Part shown: one piece after another, positions 26,786 through 38,000 of the stretch
How positions within the stretch are numbered: the stretch's first letter is position 1
Layout: every line of letters begins with the position of its first letter
Assembly: GCA_951406725.2 (NCBI GenBank)
Contig: OX597824.1
Coordinates: 31,310,001-31,374,000, forward strand
Source: Octopus vulgaris
Taxonomy: Eukaryota
Direction: 5' to 3'
DNA: 64,000 nt
Position numbers and translations under genes: made by a program
Notes under the pieces: generated by a model
What the model was told of the DNA's origin: nothing
The model's input: only the letters and a program-made list of their open reading frames with translations
The model's database searches: none

Positions 26786-27043
26786 AGAATACGAATCTGC
26801 AAAAAAAGATTGGCAAAAACGAAATTTTTTAATTACCTCGCCCCATTTCTTAATTTTTTATTTTTTTTCTCTCGATATATGTGGAAAAATACAGAGATTA
26901 TGATTCTGAAAAAAATTTCAAGAAATCTTTGTAAATTTTTTTTTCAAGAATTTTTTTCTTTTCTAAATCTGTAGGAAAATATGGACATCAGGATTCGGAC
27001 AAAAAATTCAAAACGTTTCTGAACTTACCATTACGGTTTTACA

Positions 27044-27100
27044 GTTAGGGTTAGGGTTACGGTTCCGGTTTTAGGGTTAGGGTTAGGGTTTTAGGTTTAG
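27044..27100 (+). repeat. Interstitial degenerate (TTAGGG)n tract inside a putative TIR-bounded element (~26241-27281)
   Basis: gttagggttagggttacggttccggttttagggttagggttagggttttaggtttag. Confidence 0.7.
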
Positions 27101-27749
27101 TGTTGCGGAAAAAGGTCGAAATTGAAGAAGTTGGGGGGGAAAGGGGGGGAATTTTTCCCAATGCCGGTTTTTGGCAATTTTCTGGAACCTCTGTATCGGA
27201 AAACAGGTATTTTTGGCAACAAAAAATTTTTAATTTGGGAGAAAATGGGGGGGGGGGCGGACTAGCGGAAGTCTTTCCCTAGTTTTTCCAAATCGATGGG
27301 TATTTCCAAGGCAGTGGAAGATTTTTAATTTCTTTTCAAGTTATGGTGATACCATTTGCTGCTCAATACGATATATTGTTTATGTTTTGTATATTCGTAA
27401 CGGCTTTTACTTTTTCTGCTTTTCCCTTCTATATATTCCAGATGGTTTTTCTTTAATTGTTTCTTGTTATGTTTTCACTCAAAAGTTATTCAGATAGTGA
27501 TTTTTTTTCCCGATCGGAAATCGCAGTTATTTTAGAAATTTCATAAAATCCACATGTTGTTATTTGTAACGTTTATACTTCGTACATTTGCAAAAGATTC
27601 TTCTAGCTTAATATATTTCACTTTATATTTCCTCAAGTGTATTCTTTATCATTTAGGAAGGCATTCAAAGGTAATAGAATTCGCAGATTTTCCGAAATTC
27701 TTGGCGATTTTCTAGGAGCTTAGAAAAACATGTGTTGATCAGAGGTCGC

Positions 27750-27815
<66 letters not shown>

Positions 27816-27816
27816 T

Positions 27817-28190
27817 CATTTACTCTTTTACTTGTTTCAGTCATTTGACTGCGACCATGCTGGAGCACCGCCTTTAATCGAGCAACTCGACCCCGGCACT
27901 TATTCTTTGTAAGCCCAGTACTTATTCTATCGGTCTCTTTTGCCGAACCGCTAAGTGACGGGGACATAAACACACCACCATCGGTTGTCAAGCAATGCTA
28001 GGGGGACAAACATGGACACACAAACACACACACACATATAAATACATATATACGACGGGCTTCTTTCAGTTTCCGTCTACCAATTCCACTCACAAGGTTT
28101 TGGTTTCCCAAGGTGCCATGCAGTGGGACTGAACCCAGAACCATGTGGTTGGTAAACAAGCTACTTACCACACAGCCACTCCTACGCCTA
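27817..28190 (-). mobile_element. tRNA-derived SINE (same family as 9817-10250)
   Basis: Reverse-complement match to the 9817 SINE with an internal deletion. Confidence 0.8.
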
Positions 28191-28216
28191 TATAGATAAT
28201 AATAATAATAATAATG

Positions 28217-28276
<60 letters not shown>

Positions 28277-28419
28277 TATTTTTTGTAATTTTTTATTTAA
28301 AATTTTATTTGAATTATGGCTTGTACTGTAGGGTCCAGTGAAGCTATTTTACACATACTTATGGGTCTTAAAATATTATAATATAGTTTATAGTATTGAA
28401 CGATGAGAAAGTGATATAG

Positions 28420-28516
28420 TGGCCTGATGATTGGGGTTATATTTTAAGAATGGTTCCAGCAAAACACGGAGTGGTTTATGAACCGGGAAATGTACCTCAT
28501 GAAACACGTGTAGCCA
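28420..28516 (+). ncRNA. Type I hammerhead ribozyme with long stem II
   Basis: tggc-CTGATGA-ttggggt..ggttc..gaacc..acctcat-GAAA-cacgtg-TA-gcca; stem I tggc/gcca, palindromic stem III CACGTG, GUA triplet. Confidence 0.8.
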
Positions 28517-28615
28517 AGTTATGAAATTGTAGGTATTTAAAATAAAAATTCTTTTTTATATGGTGAGATGAAGGGGCCTACTATCTCTAAATGAAAATCT
28601 ATCTATATATATATG

Positions 28616-28651
<36 letters not shown>

Positions 28652-28690
28652 TATTTATATATTGACATATATATATGTATATATATGTAT

Positions 28691-28695
28691 ATCTG

Positions 28696-28783
<88 letters not shown>

Positions 28784-28794
28784 TCTATCTATCG
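28691..28794. repeat. (ATCT)n/(GTCT)n microsatellite abutting the 5' end of Tx1-like element 1
   Basis: Direct reading of the tract. Confidence 0.95.
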
Positions 28795-31700
28795 ACTGAC
28801 GTGTTGTCACCTCGGCTCCGAAGGTAACCGTTTATTTTGACTATTTATAGCCCATATTTTGTGTACATTTTGGTAAATAAAGTGTGTAAGGTACCTAACT
28901 TTCGTTTGCGTGCTTTTCCAAGGGAGGAATTCGCCCCTAGGGGAAGTTTCAACCCTATTTAATTTATGTATTTTTCTTCTCGACATTAAAAAATGTCGAG
29001 AAATGTTATTGTAGAATGCTGGTCGCGTTCCTTTATGGACCAGCATTTTCCTAGACTTGAAACGCTAGGAGAAAAAAAGAACTTATGCACGCTCACACAT
29101 TCAACAAAGACAAACCTGAGTGACGTGGTAGTGAACGCTGCAACCACTTGCGGTAACAGCCCTGTCACCACCACCACCACCACCACTAACAACAATAACA
29201 ACGAGACTACTACTGCTACCACCACCACCTCCACCACCACCATTACCACCACCACGACCAACATAAATGATAAAAATGAAACTCACGCGAATATTATTAA
29301 CAAAAACAACAGCAACAAGAATAACAACAACAAAAATGAAATAAATATTTTACCATCTAATAGTGAAGATATTAATATAAAAGAATCAACAGCACCAGTA
29401 AATTTCGCTGGCACTCTGCGTCAGAAAAAGGAAATAATAAAATTTACGAATGAAGAGTTAATAGAAACGAGAGCACTCTTTACAACCCAAGGGCAGGATT
29501 TAGTTCTGCATACACCTCAACACATAAAGGAACAAATAGAAAATAAGACAATTATATATAAAATTATAAGAAAAAACAAAAAACAAAATGAACAGATTAC
29601 AAAAACGGACATAGAAAAGTGTTTAAAAAACATAATGAAAAAAGAATATATAAACTGGGGTCCCCAGTTTAATACAGTGGTGGTCCGCTTCCCTAACCAG
29701 GAAGTCGCAAAAGCTCACTCTACGGAGTCTTTGCAAAATGATGATATCATCATGGTCCCATATTACAAAGGCCAGAGAGTGAGTAGAATTAGCATTAAAA
29801 ATGTACCCCCCCCCGAGATACCTAACAAATGGATAACAGGAGCGATATGTTACAATTTGAAAACGATAAACATATTAGAAACCGCCGTGTACAAAAACGA
29901 CAATTGGGGTGGTAAAACAATAGTAGTGACCATCCAGATTGAGGGGTCCTCTATCGAGAACCTAACTGATAGGATCCATTTAGAAAATGGGCAAAGCCTA
30001 TATGTTGTAGCAGAAGGCAAAATGCCTAGATGCTACAACTGTGGCAGCCCAGAACATTTAATTGCCAAGTGCGCTCTGGCACAGAAAAAACAAGAAAGAA
30101 CAAATCAGAAAACAAATAAAAAACCCTTGTTGCCAACACCAACACCAACACACTCAATTATGGAACAATGCCAAGAAAAACAACAAACCAGCAAACAAAC
30201 CCCAACAACATCACCAAGAAAAGAAACAGCACCAACACAATCACCGTTGACGTCGCAACCAATTCAACATACTGAACCAACAAAAGATAGACCAACACCA
30301 ACATCGAGGACGACAACAAAAAAGACAGAAAACAGTGACGAGAAGACAAATTCTACCCCTAACACCACAACACAAACACCGCACAAAAACATCAACAATT
30401 TCTACAAGCATACATATTAACGCAAATGCTTTGCCTTTACCTCCTTATGATTCGTCGGACTCGTCGTCCAACGACGAAAGTTCGACGGAATGGCAAATAG
30501 GCACAGGGGGTAAAAGGAAAAGATCAAAAAAGCCCACCAAACAAGTAAGTAAAGCAGGGAGATATTTAACTCCGGACAGCATCCCCCTAGACAATAAAAA
30601 AATCAATGAACCCGCAAAACCACACACACAACTAACTGCAATAGACACAGACAATAAAAAATTAATGGATTACATTGCATCCAACACGAACATCTGTGAA
30701 GATGACTTTAAGACAAATAATCATCTGCGCACCACACCACCGAAACACATAAGAATTGTACACATAACACAAACACAGCATCATACACTGAAAACAATAT
30801 TTCCAAATGCGGTAGGCGGGTTTCAACGATACCTCTCCAAAAAACTATACAAACACCTCCTCAAAGACACTACAAAAGAAGAAGAAAAAACTGAAACTTT
30901 CGAAATGAGTAAGTGACCTTCCCTCTTGCCTCTTGTCTCTTCCAATGTAGTGTGTGAAACACAAATTTCTTAAACGTCAATTATGTTTAAATTAGGTTGT
31001 GTGAATGCGCGTGGCTTGGCGTCGGTTTGGAAGCAAGGTTACCTTCTAAACGACATCAAGTCACTGAACGTGGATATAGTAGCTATCAGTGAAACCAGAC
31101 TCAGCAAGCCGCGGGCCCTCGCGTCCATGTTTGGCGATCAATTTGACATTTATTTTTCTCCCTGTCTGCCGAACGTGGGTGGTGGGGGTACCGCGGTGCT
31201 TTTTCGAAAGAGTCTAAATGTAAAAGTAAGAACAATATTCCTAGACCCGGAGGGTAGGCTGGTTGTCTTGGACGTGGATGGCAGAAATGGATGTGCATTC
31301 TGTCTGATGGCAGTTTATGCACCGTCCTTAACGGGCCGGGCGGATTTCTTCAGACTTCTAGAGGTTTTCCTGGGTACGTCTAGACCTTTACTGTTAGTAG
31401 GGGATTGGAACGCTACCTTGGACACGCACCTAGATTATGTGGGAATGGATAGGAATAGAAGGGGGTGTAAGTGCCTCAAAGACCTACTCAGACGTTTCCA
31501 TTTGTCTGACAGGTTCCGACTCGACCATCCGAACGTGCCAACGTGGACTTGGACAAACCGCGTCGGATCGTCGAGATCTTATCTAGGTAGAATTCTATGC
31601 AGGACAGCGGATAGGGATAGTGTAGGATGTTCACAATTTAAAATAGTCAGCTACACAGATCACAAATTTGAGACGTGTACGCTCGACTTAGATAAGACAC

Positions 31701-34695
31701 ATAGACAGGGTCCCGGTTACTGGAAACTGAACACGTCGCTCTGAGCGCAACAGGTTTACAGGAACCGGATTAGCGAGTTAATTAAGAGGGCGCTGACGGG
31801 AGCCGTCGTTAACAACCGCTGGTGGTTCGCCCTGAAAATGGCAATAAAATCGGAATCTATTAGGTTTAGCAATGAATTAGCGATAGATCGAAATAGAGTA
31901 GAGGGAGACCTGGTTAAGAAGCTAGAAGAGGCACTTACCACTGGCAGTGCAACCAACGTGCTGGCTGCGAGGATGGCCCTCGACCAACACCTCAACGCCA
32001 AGCACGAAGGTTGCGTCGTCAGAGCTAAAATGCGTGCCTTAAGGAACGAAGGGATCGAAGCTGCGCGAGAGGCCCGGGTATGGCAACAGAGCCACCATTC
32101 GGTCTCTAATAGATCAACAGGGATGCAGTTTACTCGAACCCGAAAGGATGTGTGAGGCCTTTCAACAGCACTTTGCTCGACTGTTTGGTGCGAGTGGTGG
32201 GTCGGAACGCGGGATGGATTTCAGAGCCTACCTGACCGACCTGCCGCGGCTCTCGGCAAGAGAAGCGGAGTGTTGTGAAAGTCCCATCACAGCCGCTGAC
32301 GTGCGGGATGCGATGGCGGGCTGCGCGAGGGATAAGTCGCCTGGATTGGATGGTTGACCCTACGAGCTGTATTGTCAAATGCCAGACTTGTTTGGCGACC
32401 TCTTGGCATCAGTCTACTGCAACTGGCAACAAAACGGAAGAATCCCCGGTTTCGTGAGCCGAGGTGCAGTGACGTTGCTGAAGAAAGACCCAAACAAGGG
32501 GAATTTTATAGATAATTTCAGGCCCATCACTCTGCTCAACGCAGATTTGAAAATTTTGGCCAAAGTAATAGCCGAGAGGTTGGCGCTTGTCATTGGTAAA
32601 CTGGTCGACAGAGCGCAAACATGCGCCGTGCCGGGCAGAACCATACATGACAACCTCCATCTGATGCGCTACATTGTGGACATGGTATTTAAGGATCCTG
32701 GCATGGGTGGGGCGCTGATCAATTTGGATCAGTCTAAAGCCTTCGATAGGGTCGACCATCGGTACTTGGCGGCCGTCCTCAGGGCGGCTGGCTTCGGTCC
32801 CGTCTTCCGCGGTTGGATCGCTGCCTTGTATAGCGGCATCCGATCGGTGATTCGGGTGAACGGTCACCTGTCGAAACCGTTTGACATCACGCGTTCCGTC
32901 CGTCAGGGACGTCCCCTGTCGGCGATTCTGTATGCATTGACTCTCGAGCCGCTACTGCGGAAGCTTGCGACACTGAGGGGCATCTCACGGGAACTGGGTT
33001 GCGGGACGAGCGTGTCGGCATATGCGGACGATGTCACCGTCATAGTGTCGAGCGACAAACACATCCAGATGATAGGCGAGACACTAAGAAATACGAAACG
33101 GTGACGGGAGCGAAGATTAACCCGGAAAAGTCAGTGGGTTTTCTACTCGGCACCTGGAGAAGCAAGCCCATGCCGTCCGACTGCGGCTCAGTAGTGGGAC
33201 GCTGGACGGACGGACCGGTTAAATTGCTCGGGGTCTGGTTCAGTCCGGACCTCCAAATGGATAAGAACTGGGACGAGATCACGGGTAGAGTGGTCGCTCT
33301 CAGCCAAACATGGGCCGAGAGAAAGCTGTCTCTAAAAGGTCGGGCGGAGATGGCGAACGCGTACATCGCAACCGTCATCGATTACAGCCTTGTCCCGACG
33401 CCACCATCACCAAACTGGAGCGCATACTCTTCCGCTTCCTGTGGAAGGGTGGCCTTCCGATGGTGAGAAAGTCCATTTGCTGTCAACATCCGTTGAATGG
33501 AGGACTGGGCATGCCGTGGTTGATGATGCGCAGGCATGCGCTGAGACTGCGACATCTCTGGAACTTCATCGATGACGGTGAACAGGTGTGGGCGCCGTTT
33601 GTGAGGCGCGCCTTCCCGCAGCTCGTCTCACTGACCGAACTGCAAACGTGGATCAAGAAGAGACCAAAACTGGGCGATTAGCACCGAGAGTTTCGCCAAG
33701 CTCTACAGCAGCTCTGCCGAACGGGGTCAAACTTGTGCAACTTACAAACGACTAAAGCGTTCTATAGAGGACTAGTGGAGGAGATGTCCGACGACACACT
33801 CGGGGCAAACCTGGGCGTCGACGAGAAATTCCTAACCCGCCTGTTCAGGACGACGTTCGGGTCGGGGCCTATGGATAACTTCCAGAAATCCCTGGCTTGG
33901 CAATGCTATCGAGACGCACTACCTGTTCGAGAGAAGAGCTACAGGCACGGTTCGAAAACCATCACCGGACCGACCTGCCCGAGATGCGGTCAGAGCGACG
34001 AAACCGTTCTGCACGCACTCGTGCAGTGTCCAGATATTTCAGAGCTGTGGACCTTCGTCGAACAGCTGTTGTCGCGTGTAGGACGGGCCCGCTTATCGGC
34101 CGAGTCTATCGTGAATATTGTTCCACCACCTTCCTTTAAACGGGAAGGGAAAACGGTTTTCGTTACGCTGATGGCTATGGCGAAAGAATGTGTGTGGTGG
34201 ACGCGTTTGAAAGGACTGCAAACAAACACCTTCCTCTCTGGTCAGTCTCTCCTCAACTTTTTCAAGTACCACTTGAAAAGGAGGATGAGAATAGAGAAGA
34301 AGGCTTTGTCGAACGAATGTTTTAATAAAAAGTGGGTAAAAGTGTCAAAAATGGTCAGTATGAAAGACGATTCTATTTTAAGCATAAATCTGTAACCAAA
34401 AGAGACAACGAGAGGTAAGGTGACTTACTCATGTGTTCATTTTCGAACTGTCTGAGGTGACCTTGGTCTTTTTTGTAGGTTTTTCTTTCCAAGGCTACAC
34501 CTAAACTGTGAACTTTATATATATATATTGCTTTTTTATATACCACACAACCCACAGATCCCTATTGATCGAACGTTTTATTTATTAATTTTTTTTGTAT
34601 GTCCCACCCATCCCACCTCGATTACAAAAAACTCTACATTGTATTTCGTCCATTTTTATTCTGTGTTTAGCCCTGTGTGGCCACAATAAAAAGTT
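28795..34695 (+). mobile_element. L1/Tx1-clade non-LTR retrotransposon, copy 1 (full length, ORFs disrupted)
   Basis: ORF1 28993-30916 (one frameshift; CCHC knuckle CYNCGSPEHLIAKC). ORF2 30983-34395: APE (NARGL..SET..GDWNA..TDHK..GPGYWKLN), RT (FRPITLLN, DQSKAFDRVDH, YADD), C-terminal CPRC..H..C. T-rich 3' UTR, AATAAA, then (ATCT)n. Confidence 0.93.
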
Positions 34696-34709
34696 ATCTA
34701 TCTATCTAT

Positions 34710-34887
34710 TTTTTAATTTTTTATTTATTTTTTTTGTTCTTTTCTTCCCTTTTACGATCCCTTTTGATCGAAAACCTACGCCACCCCCCTTTTTTTTCTT
34801 TTGTTTTTTTTCATCCCCCAAAAGAAAAGCTCTACCTTGTAACTTGTCCCATCTGTGTGCAGCCCTGTGTGGCCAATAAAGAAACTT
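34710..34887 (+). mobile_element. 3'-UTR-only stub of the Tx1-like family (closer to copy 2)
   Basis: acgatccc.ttgatcgaaaacc..aaaagaaaagctctaccttgtaa..tgtgcagccctgtgtggccaataaagaaac then (ATCT)n; matches 41160-41271. Confidence 0.85.
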
Positions 34888-35024
34888 ATCTATCTATCTG
34901 TCTGTCTGTCTGTCTGTCTGTCTACCTACCTACCTACCTACCTAACTACCTACCTACCTACCTACCTACCTACCTACCTACCTACCTACCTACCTACCTA
35001 TCTATCTATCTATCTATCTGTCTG
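34887..35024. repeat. Compound (ATCT)n-(GTCT)n-(ACCT)n-(ATCT)n microsatellite between Tx1-like units
   Basis: Direct reading of the tract. Confidence 0.95.
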
Positions 35025-38000
35025 TGTTTAAAAGTTGTGCAACAACATCCACTGCAAACCTTGACTAATATCTACACAAAATTTCGCCCTTTGTGGGCAA
35101 AATTTTAAAAATTCTCGTAGGCCTCGTGTGGTATTTTAGCCATTTTTATTTTCAAAAATGGTTAGTGGTCACCACGAGGCTGAGGCGCAACTGCAGCGTG
35201 ATGCCAAAACAAAAAAATAAGATCCCCTGTCACCATGTGCAGAACTTGACTGTGTGAACACTACTTACACAACCACCACCACCACCATCAGCATCGACAA
35301 CAGCAAAAACTACAAAACAAAGGTCGCAAGGCCAAGCACCGTCACCGCCACCAATGATTCCACCATCAACACCGACACCACCACCATGGCAGCTTCTGCT
35401 ACTACAACTGCTACCTTTGCTAACGACACCACTACCAACAACAATAAAAAAACCAAGATCACCATCACCGCCACCAAAGACCGTGCCGTCAACACCAATG
35501 ACGCCACTACAATTTCTGCTACTACGACTGCCTCCCTTGCTACTAATACCACCGCCGCAACCAAGAACGACAATAACAACAACAACAACAACAACAATTC
35601 CCTTCAGCCATTGTTCCCTCCATCACCAACAAGTGAAGGAGAGAAAGAAATAACCGCAACCATCAAACCAGTTGCCGAAATTTGCGCTAACGCAGAGGCA
35701 AATTATGCAGACAATTTTCCACCCCTTGCTAGTGGCATAATCAGCAACCACAAACCTAATATACCCACAACCCACACCCCTGCCATCACCACCAACACCA
35801 CCAGCAGTAACAACAATAACAAAACAACAACAAACTTCGCCGAGGCGATAAAAGAAAAAAAAAACAATAATATCGTTTACTGCACAGCAGATAAAAGACT
35901 CCAGAGCCCTAATCACTAAAGAAAACGGCAAAGTACAATTACACATACCACAACACATACTGAATGAGGAAAAAAAGAAAACGATTATTTATAAGCAATA
36001 ATAATTCTCTAAACGAGGTATATACAGTAACTGCTCCATAACATAAGGGACGTTAGCCATCCGAATATGGCTAGGGACAGGGCAGGGCGGTGGGGGTGTT
36101 ACTGATTCATTTAGCCCAACAACACAACTAAAAGTCCAGAAAAAGCAAACACAGACAAAATAGAAAAATGCCTATCTGGGGATACAAGGAGTATGTGACT
36201 TGGTCGAACAAGTTTGCCCACGTACAGGTGGTTTTTCAGAATGAAGAGTTGGCAAAGCAATTCTCAACGCTAACTCTTCATTCAGATGAGCTAACAATGA
36301 CACCCAGTTACCTTGGCCAGAGGGTGACAAAGGTCATTATCAATAATGTCCCGCAAATAACAAACACACTATGGATAACATCCGCCATATGCGTCGAAAT
36401 GGAGGACATAAATATCCTGGAAATCACTGTTTCGAAACACAAGGACTGGGTGGGAAAGAGACTGGAGATTCTCTTCCACATAAGCCAAGACGACATTAAC
36501 AAAATTCTCACCCACGTACATCTTGCGGATGACCGCAAGTTGTATGTAGTAGTCGAGGGCAGAAGGCCACGCTGCTATACATGCGGCAGTGAAACACACC
36601 TCAAAAAGGAGTGCAAATCTGCTGCGAAACAACAACAACAACAACAACAGCCACAGGAAAAACCACAAAAGCCAGCATTATTGCCCACACCACAGTATGG
36701 ACGGCTAATCAAGAAGCTATATACAGAAATGCATGAAAACCAACAAAGAACGGACCAACCCAACCAAACAACACCACCACCTGCGCCAAGAACAGAATCA
36801 TCACCACTAACAACAACTAAACTAATTCCAACACCCAGAACAACAACGAAGAAGACAAGCACCAAGGATATAGGAGAGACAATCACCACAACAAACCCCC
36901 CAGCAACACAGCCCCCGCACATCTCAACAATATCTACAACCGCACAAACAGACCCAGATGCTTTGCCCTTACCCCCTTCTGATTCGTCAGACTTTTCATC
37001 TAACGATGAAAGTTCGACAGAATGGCAAATAGCCACCGGGGGTAAAAGAAAAAGATAAAAAAAAAACAAACAAGAAAACGCAACCAAAGCAGGGAGATAA
37101 CTGAACCCTGAAAGCTCCATACACAACCAAACAAGCACCAACACCACAAAAACACACACAATGCTATCAGCGATAGACACCAACGACTCCAAACTAATGG
37201 AGTACATCACAGCCCACACAAACATCTGTGAAGATGACTTCAAAACTAACAAACATCCACGCACTACACCACCCAAACACATCAAAATACTACACATCAC
37301 ACAAACACAACACCACACACTCAAAGCCCTCTTTCCAAATGCGGTTGGGGGGTTCCAAAAATACCTTTCGAAAAAACTATAAAAACCTCCTCCAAGACAC
37401 ATCAATAGACGAGGAAGCCAAAACTTTCGACACAAGTAAGTAACTCTCTGTACCTTCCTTTTTGTGTTTTAAAGCACACACCCCAATAGAATCATGGTCA
37501 AGATTGGTTGTGTGAATGCGTGTGGCTTGGGGTCTCCTTGGAAACAAGGATACCTCCTAAATGACATCAAGTCACACGATTTGGGAATCATAGCCATAAG
37601 TGAGACCAGACTCCACGAGCCACGGGCCCTAAAGTCCATGTTTGGCGGACAGTTTAACATTTGTTTTGCTCCCTGTCTGCCGAGGATGGGCGGTAGTGGC
37701 ACCACGGTACTTTTTCACAAGAGCCTGGATCTCGAAGTCAAGACGATATTCGTAGACCCGAAGGGTAGACTGGTCGTCCTGGATGTCGACGGCAGCAATG
37801 GGTGCGCTTTTCGACTCGTATCAGTCTACGCACCGCCTTTAACAAGTCGGCCGGATTTCTTTCGACGTCTAGAAGTATTCCTGGGAACGTCTCGTCCTTT
37901 ACTTTTAGTGGGGAATTGGAATGCTACCTTGGACACGCATCTAGACTATGTGGGGAGAGACAAAAACAGAAGGGGATGCAAATGCCTCAGAGACCTGCTC

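Noticed and set aside
27044-27100. TTAGGG repeats as a true telomere or fusion site
   Set aside because: Short, degenerate, single orientation and embedded in a repeat-like element.
36575-37435. 286-aa minus-strand ORF
   Set aside because: Antisense shadow of the A/C-rich Tx1 ORF1; composition explains the lack of stops.
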